IMG/VR virus record: IMGVR_UViG_3300034071_001405
Location: 4,250-68,249 of that record
DNA from: a virus
DNA: 64,000 bases
Strand: one strand, 5' to 3'
In this document: positions 46,401 through 56,169 of the stretch, piece by piece
Layout of the letters: the number at the start of each line of letters is the position of its first letter
Position numbering within the stretch: position 1 is the stretch's first letter
The notes under the pieces: model-generated
The model's input: only the letters and a program-made list of their open reading frames with translations
Databases searched by the model: none
Told to the model about the DNA's origin: nothing
Translations under genes and position numbers: made by a program

Positions 46401-49400
46401 TACTGTTCTTGGTGCAATAAAAGATCGTGTTATTTACTTGAACGACAAGATAAAAAGTAAAGGTGTTATTTATCATGAAGCGTTTCACGGTGTGTTCAGA
46501 TATTTAATGTCAGCTCCACAAAGAGAAGAACTGATAAACTTTGTCAGAAACAATAAGACATATTCAAGTAAATTTACAGATACTGCTTTGCAAGAATTTG
46601 CAAAACAACGTAACTATGTTTATGACAAAGAACGTATGGCCAATTTGCAAGCAGAAGAAATCCTTGCTGATGGTTTTCAAAACTACATGAATGAAGGAGG
46701 TAAACCAAGAGGTATTATTGCCAAGTTCATGCAGATGTTAAAACGTATAATAGAATTCTTTACAAAACATAGTAACTATATTGACAATGTTTATGGACGT
46801 GTTAAACGTGGTTACTATTCAACAGATGTAATTAATTCAGGTATTTATGAAAATGAAACTGCATTTGTACTTATACCTGGACTTAAAGAGATTATACCTA
46901 ATACTGAAGGTACAGGTGTAGCACAAAATGTATCTTTTCTTAGCACAGAAGATGCTAATCAGTTAGTGTACATGATGGCTCACTATTTTGTAAAAGACAA
47001 TGCTGGCTTTCAAGGTGAAACATTTGAACAAAAATTTGACCGTATAGCAAAGACTGTTCTTGACTATGAATTTAACATGGACAAACTTATTGCTAAAAAA
47101 CCAGAAATGCGTGATGAAATCATAAAGCGTTTTGGTAATACGTACAAGCAATATAGATTTGCATTAGGTGCTAGAATGCTTGGCGAAACTATTCATGACA
47201 TTAACCTTTCTGGTTTAGACCAGTATGATAAAAGAGAACTAGTCAACACAGTTGATAAAACTATTGAAAATGGTAAAGGAGAAGAGTCTAAAAAAATATT
47301 GATGAAGCTTGTTAAAAAAGAATACCAGTCTATAATGGCAATTCTTGATGGTAAAGAAGTAGATGAAGATGAAATGTCTCCTGAACTAGTTGAAGAAATG
47401 TTTGATGAAGATGGTGCACCTGTTGTTAGAGATAATGATGAAACAGGAACTGTTGAAGAAGAAACAGAATCTGAAGATTATGACAGTGGTCTTGGAGAAC
47501 ACAATCGTTTAGAGTCACAGTCAAGACAAATAAGACAGTTTTTCTCATCTATAAGATACGAACAATATATTCCTGAGTTGGGTATTACAATACCAAGAAT
47601 GATATCTGGCAACAAGATGTATTCATTACTGTTAAAACTTAATTCTGATATAGATACTGACAAAAGCATTCAGCATATAAAAACAACAGCTGAAACTCAG
47701 CGTATGGATGGATTCTTAAGTACAGCAGATGATTTAGATGCTATATATAAACAAATTGTCAATGACACTAAAATGGTGAATGGTGTTCCACAATCAAATC
47801 TACAGTTATACAATATGCTAGTAGATGTGTTTGATGGTACTGAAATTGACTATATGATGACTGACGTCAAAACTAGAGAAAATACAAGTGATGGTATAAC
47901 TACAGTTGAAACATATGATTACACTATAAAAGACAAAGTATTGTTTTCTGACGTTAACAAACGTAAAAAAGATATTGTAGCTTCTATAATTACTAAACAT
48001 GCTGAAATGGGTGGTACTAAAGAATATAAAGCTGCTGTACAAAAACTTATTACTGGCATAAATAAAATTACAACAGATACCAAGTTTATTTTAAGTGATG
48101 ACATTAGTCAAGGAGACCGTTTAAACAAACTTACTGAAGAATTACATGCAAGTATGGCAGCAGTAGGTGTTAATGTTCCTAAGTCACTTGTGAGATTATC
48201 TATTTTAGCAATAGATAAAACAGAAAACATGGTTACACATAATCCTGATGAGTTTCAACCAAGTGTGTTAGAACATTATGAAAATCATTCTAAGTTTGTT
48301 AGTGAAAAAAAATACCTTGAAAAAGAGTTTTTTACTGACATGGCAGTAATATTTACTAAAGCTGCAAAAGATTCTCATACTAAATTTGCACAAACGTTAG
48401 ATGATAAAAATATTTCTGACACAAACGTTAATCGTTTCAACTCCATATTAGGTAAAGCATCAGTTTACATTATAAAGTATGACCCAACTGAATTACAATC
48501 AACTGTGTTAAATGCTGAAGGCAAACCTATATATCGTTATATAAAGCATACGCCTGCTACAACAGTTGCTCAACTTTTAAGAAGTAAAGGTTTAGAAAAA
48601 ACTTTAGCAGAAGATCCATACTTTAAATCACAGTTAGAAGACTTCTTTAAGGCTAATCCAATGATGGGTGGCATTTTAGAAAAGGATGATTCTGAATTAA
48701 CTAAAAAAGTAGAAGTAATGCTAAACAACTTCAAGTTTGGTTTATATGGAGGTGTTGCACAAACGTTTAACAGCAAATTCAAACAAGGTAAAAGTTTTAA
48801 AAACATTGATGATAAAACAATGTACATTGTGCATCTTTTATCTTTCTTAAATAGAACTACTTACAGACAAGTTGTAACTGACAAAGACGGTGTTGAAAAA
48901 GAAGTTGAAGTAGAAACTTTCATGCGTTCTTTTACTCAGCTTGAGGCATCACAAACAAACTTTTTAATGACAGCAATGTATGAAAATTATTCTGACACAA
49001 AAGGTTTAGTTAAAGATGCTGCAGGTCGTATTAAAATCACAGGTCTTCTAGAAGGAGTTGTTAAACAGGAGTATAAACGTATTGCACGTGAATGGGCAAA
49101 CAGAGAACAAAACAAAAAAGATTTTGACAGTCGTGCAAGTAACAAGTTGCTGTTGAAATACAATGGTGTACTTTCTAAAGAAGATGTTACTAAGTCTGAT
49201 GTAGAAGACAAAGACTTAAGAGCTTATAAATTCAACAAGCTAGCAGATTTCTTCAAAGCAAATCCTGAATTATATGCTAACACAGATCAAAATGGATTGT
49301 TTGATTTTGCCAAAGAAAATACACCTTATGAAGACATACCTGTTGAAGTTAAAAATGCTTTATTAGATGGTTTAAACCAATATGCTTTAAAATCTTTAGA

Positions 49401-52400
49401 AACACACATAGATAAGTTAACTGACCTTCAAGTAATAAACAAAAGAACAACTCCAAAATTTGTTAAAAAAACAGTACTTGACCCTGCAACAGGACTACCT
49501 GCAAAAGTAAATGGTAAAATAGAATACTATTATGGTCCAAAAACAGATGCTGAAGGAAATGTTGAAAGTCCTTTTGAATATTACGATTCTTCATTGATTG
49601 CCCCATTGTTAAAAAAAGACAGCAGACCTTCTGTTAACATTATTGACAGTTATCAGAAAGTAGGTGTTGGTAGTTTTAATCAAGTTGGCGGTGTACAATC
49701 TGGATTTTCTAATCTTGAAGGTTTAGTACAAGACGCGTTCTTTAACTTCTGGGCTAACTCGCTTGTGTTTAATGATTTGCTTGATGGTGACTCAGCAATG
49801 AACGTAAAGGATTCTGTTGATTATTTCAAACGTCAAAAGAAGAATTTAGCAACTGGTAGTAATATGAAACAAGGCACACACCGTGTTGCTGTAATGAATA
49901 CTATTACAGGTTACATAAACAACAGATATCCTGAGTATGGGCCTTTCTATTCAGTTGATGAAATAAAAGAGTTTTTTGCAGATAGAACTGATATTTCTGA
50001 TGAGGTAAAAGAAGAAGTCATAAATGCTTATGGTACTAAAGGAATGATGCATTACATTTTTGATGGACAAAGTACATCTTCTATAATGCACCAAATGGAC
50101 ATGTATGAAACTCTTGGTAGATTAACTCCTGAAATTAAAGAATTGCTTATTGAAAAACATTATCGCAAACTAAATGAAGAAGAAGTAAAGTTGATGCAAA
50201 GCTATAAAATAGTAAACAACCCTAAGAAAACTGTGACTGCATCACGTAACTCATATCACAAACAATCTGAAAACTACATTGATCGTAATGATGTGAGCTA
50301 TATGGAAATACCAAAAGACATTCTTAGTCAGGGTAGTGAAGCTATAAAAGATTACAGAAATCAACTTCATGATGTTTTTAAAGGACTGTACAATGAAATA
50401 TATACTCTGAGAAAAAAGATACAAGATGCTAAGTCTATTGGTGAAGACCCATCAGAATATGTTGATGCTATTCAGAAAAAAACAATTACTATTCACTCGT
50501 TCTATAAGCCAATGGCTCATCGTGAAATATTGCACAACTTGTTAAATGCAATGGAGTATCATCAAATAGATCAGCTAATGGACACTGAAGCGTCTAAAAA
50601 TGCTACAATGCTACCTATAGATTATTTTGCAGAAAGCAAAGAACTTGGAGCTACTAAACCATATATTGACTTAGCGTTTTCTTCTTTTGAAGTAGAAAAC
50701 AGATACAAATACTTGCAAGTAGAAACTTCAGGTGTCAAAGACATTGTCAAATTTTCTGTTCAAAGTAAAGCTTTGATAGCTGCGGATTTGATAAATTTAT
50801 TGGATATTGCTAACGCTTCAAATAAAGAAGTAACAGAAAGTGACATAAAAGCAATAGAAAAAGTAGCAGAAGCTTTAGTTGAATATCAAGAAACACTGAA
50901 AGAATTAGGTGTATCTAACTTAGCCAACTTGAAAACTATATTAAGAAAAGATGGTGACTTTGATATTGGAAAAGTGTTTAACCTTATAAGAGAATCTTTA
51001 GAAAGTCAAGGGGCCCCTTCTTCTACATTAAAGTTGTTTGATGTTACTCCAGAAGGAACACCGGTGCATTCACCTAACCTTCCTGGTATTCGTAATATGT
51101 TAGAATACTACTTCTTCTCACAATACTCAAAACATATTACTGATGAAAAAGGTTCAGGATTCAAACACATCCACATGTCATCACTAGGTTACAATGTATT
51201 AACTGATGAAAATGGAAAAACCTTATTAGATAAAGAAGGTAACATAGTTACAACAGATATATACAGACGTAATCCTGCAAAGTATCCAAATGCAAAATTT
51301 AGACCGCTAGGTGTTACAACAGAAGTAAAAGATGGAATAACTACATACTATGTAGAAGCTATAGTTCCTCTACCGTTTTTCAAAAGTGATGAGCATAGAG
51401 CTTTTTACATGAAGAACTTATCAAAAATGTTTGGTGTACGTATTCCAACTGAGGATAAACGTTCAATGATTGCAATGAAAGTTGTAGACTTTATTGACAG
51501 TTCAAACCTTACTGGTGTCATTGTACCTCACATTGCACACTTACTTGCAGGTTCTGACTTTGACGTTGATGCGCTCTATGGTCAAACATACGCTCACTAT
51601 TTTAATGCAGATAATAAACCTGTTCTTTATGGTGATTACAGTGCATATAAATCTGAGTCAATTGGTAAATTTGTAGAGTTTGTTCAATACATGGCCAGTG
51701 ACAAAGACATGAAAAAAGCAGTTGATGCTGAAAGAGAAAAGATTAGTGAAATAAAAGTTGATGACTATGTTGGTTCTACAAATGCAAGACTTCTTGCTGG
51801 TTATGTTTCTGAGAGACTAGTTGATGATGAAGACACGTTAAGAGAATTTGATGCAATACTAGATGCATTTGAAAAATATGGTTTACCTGTAAACTTAGAA
51901 AACTTTGTAGCTAAACCTGAGTATGCTAAGTCAGTACGTCCTGTATATCAAAACGCAAACCTTGCTGCCAAACTGAAAATCCTAACAAATGAAGCTGTGT
52001 ACAAATTCTTGTACATAAGTGAACGTTCATCAGTTGACCGTTTTATCAGCATTGCTCAAGCATTTGGAAATGAAGTAGAAGAGTATTCAGGTCAACATAA
52101 TCAGTACACTATTGATGGCGTTGTTACTACAAAGAAAACAACCAGCATGAATAAAGATGGTATTGGAATTACAGCAAGAATAAACAAGTTTCTTGCATTA
52201 GCATCACAATATGGTCTAGAGTTAAAAAGTGAACAAGTTATATGGGCTTTTCAAAATGTTACATCTACTGAAGGTGACAACATAGATTTTCAAATGAAAA
52301 AGTACAATACCTTTGGTACACTTAATGACAATGATGAACGTGTTATTGAACTAATAGGTAATATACTTGGGATGTTTGCTGATGGTGCTAAGAAACCTAT

Positions 52401-55400
52401 TCCTGCAGCTTTATACATGAATCAAGTAAACGCAGGTGTAACTCTTGCAATGGTAGGTGTAGGTTTACAACCTGAGTTTGCATTTGGTTTTAACTTCATA
52501 CCTGAAATAAGAAACGCTGTAGATTCAGTATTGGCAGTACGTTCTGCTGTTAGTGAAAGCAATGGTAATAACTTTACATTCTTAAACAATGAAGTTAAGA
52601 ATGAACTTAATGATTTAATTAGAAAAAATCCTAAAGAATTTGAAGCATTAAAACAACTAGGTGTTATCACAAACCAGTCACAAGCATATCGTGTAGTAGT
52701 TCAACGTGAAAATATCTCAATGGAGTTTGAAGCAAACAAACTTGATAAAGAAAAACTAAACAACAACACACTTACTAGTGGTGACATTGGATACAAAATT
52801 AAAGCTGTTGTAAAAACAGGAAGCATGGATCCTGCAACAAATAAAAAAGCAGATAAAAACAGCACTATTGATTTAACTGAAGTACAACAGCGTATGGTAT
52901 TGTTGCAGATGTATGCAGACCAAGCACAACAAACATTTGCTATTGGACGTGCCGGTTCATTGTTAGACATGTTCAAAAAGTTAAATCCTAAATTCACAAC
53001 TTTTGACAAGTTGTTAAACAACATTAAAGAGTTAAAAGATTCTACAGACAAAAGCATATTTACTGAAGAAAGCACTAAAAGAATTTTTGAAGAAAATCAA
53101 GTATGGCCACAGTTGCTTGCAGCGATGGAAGACTTGTATGAACAAGCTGGCAAATTATTTTTAGAACGTACAGAGTTTTTTGCACCAATCAAAAATCTTT
53201 TTGAGTCTGTATTTACAGATCATTCGCAAATTGCAAAAATTATCACTAGCTTTGTAGCAATACGTAAATATCAGATGTCAATGCCTGGAAGCAGAACATC
53301 TTCAAATGAAGCAATGAACAATCTGATAGCACAAGATGATAACAATCTCATTGAAACATTCACAGCTGAATATCCTTTTACTAACACTCTTGGTAAAGAG
53401 TTAGAAGAAATGCAGAAGAAATATCCTACAAACAAGTTCTTACAAGTACTTCGTGTTGATAAAACAGAGAATACTGCAGTAACACCTTCTGGTAGAAATG
53501 TTAATGAGTCAATGATAAAGATGATTTCTAAAAGCAAAGCTAAAGGTAAATATGCAGATGAAATATCTGATGATGCTTATATGCTGATGTTAAAAGAAAA
53601 CATGTTTATGAAAAAGTTGTTTTATCATGAAATGTTAAGAACAGGCCTTCAGTACACACCGGGTTCATTCTTGCAATTACTGAGTCCAGATTTACAACTT
53701 CCATTTTCTAAATACATCACTGAGTTTATCAGTAACTTAGAAGAAACAAAAGGTAACAGGTACAAACTTGTTGGTGCTATAAAAAATTCAATGGGCCCTG
53801 AGTTTACAGACCAAGATGTTTACAGCATGTTTGATGAATTGTTTTTACAAATGGCACATGCAGCTACAAAAGAAATAGGTAATAACAGAATAAAAATTGT
53901 TGACAGATTTAGTTTCAAAGATAGCACTTTATTGATGCAGTCTTTCAAATTTCAAAAAGAAAATCCTAAAGAAAAATTTGATGTTGTTGCTGAAACTTTA
54001 AGACGTTTCATGGGACAAGCACCAGTATCTAAAGCTGAAGCATATACTGCAACAAGTACAGACCCTAAAACAAAAAAGGCATATGAAGAAATTTTGATTG
54101 ATATGTCAGTGCCGGGTCCTACATTACCACAAGTTACTGAAACAACAATGGCCGAGTTAGGTAAAAAACTTGGTGTTAGACCTGCGTTTGACGACCCAGG
54201 AAACTACATGTTCCCATTAATGTTTACCTTGGGTAAAAACACATATATGTTGCAAGGTGTTGGTGACCAAATGAATAACAAAAGCTTTGGTGAGTCAATG
54301 ATTAAGTCTATTGTAGGTACTGGTAAATACATCAATGTTGGTCAAAAAGCTAAGTACACACTTGTACCAGATAAACTAACTACAGGTACAATAAGTTCAA
54401 TAGGTCTTAATAAAGATGTTTCTGAGAAGTACATTGCATATTCTAACAAAAAAGCACGTCTTCCTTTTGAACCAGCCATTGAAGAAGTTGAAGTAGTTGA
54501 AAGAGAAGTAACAAGTTTTGGTGAAAGAATTATTGATGGTGTATATTTAAGAAAAGATAGTTTAACAAAAGAAGAACAGTTAGAAATGTTCCAATTGTTA
54601 AAACCTTATCTTGAACAACAAGCTACTAAATCAAACAAAGGAACTTTTGCAAATAAAATGATAGGTCTAGGTTTGAGATGGGATTACTTAAGTAACAATC
54701 CTGGAAGAACTGCAGTTAATATACCAAACATAATTGATCCAAAAAGTAAAACTAAATATGGATATTTTACAGTTGCTGCTAACGGTGAACCTTTAGGAGC
54801 AATTCCTGCAAGGTTGAAACAACTCATGTCAAAAGCAACTGGTATAGATGCTACAAACTATGATGGTGCAATTATTAACATATATGATGACAAGACTTTT
54901 ATATCTTCTCACAACGATGTTGATGAAAGTATAGATGCTGTAAAGTATCCTGTAATTGTTGCAAACATTGGTGGGCCTGGAAACTTTGCAATAGAAAGAG
55001 TAGGAATACAAAAACCTTTAGAGCTTAATGCAGGAGATTCTTACGTGTTTGGCTTAGATGGAAGTAATAGATCAGTATATCATAGAACATTTGCAAATGC
55101 ACAAAAAGGATTTTTACCAGAAATTATTACCTCAAGTGATGGTAAAACTTACAATGCTGGTTCTTATAGAATATCAATAACCTTAAGAAGAGTCATGCCA
55201 TTAAGTGAAGGAATGCCTAAAACTCCTGCTAAAACAATTGTACCTTCTCAAGTTGAAACAACACCTGCTACTCAACCATCTACAACTGCTGAAATAGTTG
55301 AAGATGCACCAATAGAAGTAGAACAAACTGATACAGCAAATGAAATGGTAGGTACTGAAGATGCTACATCAATGCTTGGAGCAATGTTTGCTCAAATGCA

Positions 55401-56166
55401 AGAACAAGCTCAGACTACAACTTCTCAAGTAAATGATGCCACAATAAAACTGTCAACACCTGAAAAACCTATTTTTGTATACTCAGATGGTTCTGATATT
55501 AAAGGTACAGGTAGATTAGGATTTGGGGCAGTGTTTGAAAATGGTGGTGTAATTTATGATTTATCAGGTACTGAAGAATCTGCTGAAGTTAAACGTTTAG
55601 CACAAATGCATCCAGATGCTAAGTTCTCAAATCCTACAATGGAAATGCTGGCTTTAGTGTCAGTGTTAAACACTTTCAAAAACAAAGCTGAACACATTGT
55701 TATCAATCAAGACTATACAGGTGCTGTAAACTATGATGGTTTATGGCAAAAAGCAGAAGGTTCTGCACAACGTCAACCTAAACCATGGAAGGCAAAAGAG
55801 GCCTATATTAAAACATTAGTTGATGCTGGTGTAAGAATCATAGACCAAATTGAAAAGAACGGTGGCAGTGTTAGAATTAACTGGGTCAAAGGACACTCTG
55901 GAAACAGAATGAACGACTTAGCTGATAGAGCTGCAAAAAGTAGAGAAATATTTAACAATATTCCTAAAGCTTATGACAATGCAAACAAAACAATACTTGA
56001 CATGCAAAATCTAAACATGACAGCTGCAGTACTTGATACATTGTATGAACAAAGTAGTAAGCGTATGACAAAAGATGCTTTTAGTAAAGCAGCTACAGAA
56101 ATGGTAATCAACATGAGAGCAACAACAACCCCAGAAAATATCCTAGAAAAAATTAAGTGTCTATAA
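43474..56166 (+). CDS. Virion RNA polymerase (two-barrel, crAss-like) with zincin, AlkB-like and RNase H domains, 4230 aa
   Basis: RIPT (~51439) and GSDFDVD catalytic loop (DFDVD 51556-51570); DYFKR, DGQ and DGAK segments; size and position. Confidence 0.9.
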   Translation: MACQIQTDKYTDVVLDLIKLDSSLYTNFDNAAAFILKSGLSPEQKMMAVHNIAHIYNGLADLDPEYFKKGKVADVINIVTMMENPQEYVQTASEFFNVKKTAPLKVSSIIDKIDALGGMTSVNRMDLNGPDGVLNTIKNYFAVTTFENLDERTKLLESLSASLRGQIIDRADEQDHKDFLLGLIDDTMAGLDKKSFFIPISEIADVAGLDNVLVILKSEQMVEALRENDKLYKLNPDNSLEEIPADQIVSVKDARLSDRSTSNAGEHVFYEDTMLSNFKVVAVNPEESGIVLNKLDEMRSPSSAIRIKAVRISDVADKRIERIQNVDASNKEMRMLANRQHETFENSTQVAYLQSTSNGKVLTLSRPKASEQTFVIVGEIIGSGELFYLYSTENMTFVNSDNSTELVDFTNPVHLKEVQRLSVKDNLGVKSQLSELDLEHMSNAASIYKGFKDSLLPQLQAQFDAGATSVDITTDFKNVYDINQTRGKKSKTVLSSEMVTDPTLSKTLTIFNRDTKQREERKIPFIYSAVEEKEFSLINMLRSNELIEYTNTEGKVRQVSQLTYAELLGLKDNAVKEILKTTDPNQKNLMIKFRPDGTMTYRILENVRQLDQMEEFANFITSLNDVLLSGKQRNQEVESFEKTQFTFRPQTSGKFGDRPLYVSFSTSAQGRLQVEIRPTSPTNRYGFIKEKDPITNKYKNQGQFNFVLDETLIVNTARALKGEGKLIGKIKSEFPALANFDLNKPEELFEFYRTVNNMTRFTSPHPLLQELANKVTEVQAGFAQSLIDNVINKLEEKTAMFPQFMKNLREDLTYDGEFRPYYLVARKSDDGTFRTNITYSRGYTKPKDGVDSLQRFKTNYDNYLLVNAGFLRMNITPKEVISMSTPAPAVVTAVQMEPVEKVHVNNPAQNITSTEIITDESDIPEIELFSIADGEIELETEQERLQAAEWLSQTYSQLGVSKEELSDAIDLSKVEGTVLGAIKDRVIYLNDKIKSKGVIYHEAFHGVFRYLMSAPQREELINFVRNNKTYSSKFTDTALQEFAKQRNYVYDKERMANLQAEEILADGFQNYMNEGGKPRGIIAKFMQMLKRIIEFFTKHSNYIDNVYGRVKRGYYSTDVINSGIYENETAFVLIPGLKEIIPNTEGTGVAQNVSFLSTEDANQLVYMMAHYFVKDNAGFQGETFEQKFDRIAKTVLDYEFNMDKLIAKKPEMRDEIIKRFGNTYKQYRFALGARMLGETIHDINLSGLDQYDKRELVNTVDKTIENGKGEESKKILMKLVKKEYQSIMAILDGKEVDEDEMSPELVEEMFDEDGAPVVRDNDETGTVEEETESEDYDSGLGEHNRLESQSRQIRQFFSSIRYEQYIPELGITIPRMISGNKMYSLLLKLNSDIDTDKSIQHIKTTAETQRMDGFLSTADDLDAIYKQIVNDTKMVNGVPQSNLQLYNMLVDVFDGTEIDYMMTDVKTRENTSDGITTVETYDYTIKDKVLFSDVNKRKKDIVASIITKHAEMGGTKEYKAAVQKLITGINKITTDTKFILSDDISQGDRLNKLTEELHASMAAVGVNVPKSLVRLSILAIDKTENMVTHNPDEFQPSVLEHYENHSKFVSEKKYLEKEFFTDMAVIFTKAAKDSHTKFAQTLDDKNISDTNVNRFNSILGKASVYIIKYDPTELQSTVLNAEGKPIYRYIKHTPATTVAQLLRSKGLEKTLAEDPYFKSQLEDFFKANPMMGGILEKDDSELTKKVEVMLNNFKFGLYGGVAQTFNSKFKQGKSFKNIDDKTMYIVHLLSFLNRTTYRQVVTDKDGVEKEVEVETFMRSFTQLEASQTNFLMTAMYENYSDTKGLVKDAAGRIKITGLLEGVVKQEYKRIAREWANREQNKKDFDSRASNKLLLKYNGVLSKEDVTKSDVEDKDLRAYKFNKLADFFKANPELYANTDQNGLFDFAKENTPYEDIPVEVKNALLDGLNQYALKSLETHIDKLTDLQVINKRTTPKFVKKTVLDPATGLPAKVNGKIEYYYGPKTDAEGNVESPFEYYDSSLIAPLLKKDSRPSVNIIDSYQKVGVGSFNQVGGVQSGFSNLEGLVQDAFFNFWANSLVFNDLLDGDSAMNVKDSVDYFKRQKKNLATGSNMKQGTHRVAVMNTITGYINNRYPEYGPFYSVDEIKEFFADRTDISDEVKEEVINAYGTKGMMHYIFDGQSTSSIMHQMDMYETLGRLTPEIKELLIEKHYRKLNEEEVKLMQSYKIVNNPKKTVTASRNSYHKQSENYIDRNDVSYMEIPKDILSQGSEAIKDYRNQLHDVFKGLYNEIYTLRKKIQDAKSIGEDPSEYVDAIQKKTITIHSFYKPMAHREILHNLLNAMEYHQIDQLMDTEASKNATMLPIDYFAESKELGATKPYIDLAFSSFEVENRYKYLQVETSGVKDIVKFSVQSKALIAADLINLLDIANASNKEVTESDIKAIEKVAEALVEYQETLKELGVSNLANLKTILRKDGDFDIGKVFNLIRESLESQGAPSSTLKLFDVTPEGTPVHSPNLPGIRNMLEYYFFSQYSKHITDEKGSGFKHIHMSSLGYNVLTDENGKTLLDKEGNIVTTDIYRRNPAKYPNAKFRPLGVTTEVKDGITTYYVEAIVPLPFFKSDEHRAFYMKNLSKMFGVRIPTEDKRSMIAMKVVDFIDSSNLTGVIVPHIAHLLAGSDFDVDALYGQTYAHYFNADNKPVLYGDYSAYKSESIGKFVEFVQYMASDKDMKKAVDAEREKISEIKVDDYVGSTNARLLAGYVSERLVDDEDTLREFDAILDAFEKYGLPVNLENFVAKPEYAKSVRPVYQNANLAAKLKILTNEAVYKFLYISERSSVDRFISIAQAFGNEVEEYSGQHNQYTIDGVVTTKKTTSMNKDGIGITARINKFLALASQYGLELKSEQVIWAFQNVTSTEGDNIDFQMKKYNTFGTLNDNDERVIELIGNILGMFADGAKKPIPAALYMNQVNAGVTLAMVGVGLQPEFAFGFNFIPEIRNAVDSVLAVRSAVSESNGNNFTFLNNEVKNELNDLIRKNPKEFEALKQLGVITNQSQAYRVVVQRENISMEFEANKLDKEKLNNNTLTSGDIGYKIKAVVKTGSMDPATNKKADKNSTIDLTEVQQRMVLLQMYADQAQQTFAIGRAGSLLDMFKKLNPKFTTFDKLLNNIKELKDSTDKSIFTEESTKRIFEENQVWPQLLAAMEDLYEQAGKLFLERTEFFAPIKNLFESVFTDHSQIAKIITSFVAIRKYQMSMPGSRTSSNEAMNNLIAQDDNNLIETFTAEYPFTNTLGKELEEMQKKYPTNKFLQVLRVDKTENTAVTPSGRNVNESMIKMISKSKAKGKYADEISDDAYMLMLKENMFMKKLFYHEMLRTGLQYTPGSFLQLLSPDLQLPFSKYITEFISNLEETKGNRYKLVGAIKNSMGPEFTDQDVYSMFDELFLQMAHAATKEIGNNRIKIVDRFSFKDSTLLMQSFKFQKENPKEKFDVVAETLRRFMGQAPVSKAEAYTATSTDPKTKKAYEEILIDMSVPGPTLPQVTETTMAELGKKLGVRPAFDDPGNYMFPLMFTLGKNTYMLQGVGDQMNNKSFGESMIKSIVGTGKYINVGQKAKYTLVPDKLTTGTISSIGLNKDVSEKYIAYSNKKARLPFEPAIEEVEVVEREVTSFGERIIDGVYLRKDSLTKEEQLEMFQLLKPYLEQQATKSNKGTFANKMIGLGLRWDYLSNNPGRTAVNIPNIIDPKSKTKYGYFTVAANGEPLGAIPARLKQLMSKATGIDATNYDGAIINIYDDKTFISSHNDVDESIDAVKYPVIVANIGGPGNFAIERVGIQKPLELNAGDSYVFGLDGSNRSVYHRTFANAQKGFLPEIITSSDGKTYNAGSYRISITLRRVMPLSEGMPKTPAKTIVPSQVETTPATQPSTTAEIVEDAPIEVEQTDTANEMVGTEDATSMLGAMFAQMQEQAQTTTSQVNDATIKLSTPEKPIFVYSDGSDIKGTGRLGFGAVFENGGVIYDLSGTEESAEVKRLAQMHPDAKFSNPTMEMLALVSVLNTFKNKAEHIVINQDYTGAVNYDGLWQKAEGSAQRQPKPWKAKEAYIKTLVDAGVRIIDQIEKNGGSVRINWVKGHSGNRMNDLADRAAKSREIFNNIPKAYDNANKTILDMQNLNMTAAVLDTLYEQSSKRMTKDAFSKAATEMVINMRATTTPENILEKIKCL
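46474..46670 (+). other. Zincin metallopeptidase motif in RNAP polyprotein
   Basis: HEAFH ... EEILAD. Confidence 0.8.
54538..55194 (+). other. 2OG-Fe(II) dioxygenase (AlkB-like) domain in RNAP polyprotein
   Basis: IINIY...HND (54910), ANIG, LNAGDSYVF, YH (55081), RISITLR. Confidence 0.85.
55471..55940 (+). other. RNase HI domain in RNAP polyprotein
   Basis: VYSDGS, NPTMEMLA, INQDY, WVKGHSG, NDLADRAA: complete D-E-D-H-D set. Confidence 0.88.
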
Positions 56167-56169
56167 CCT

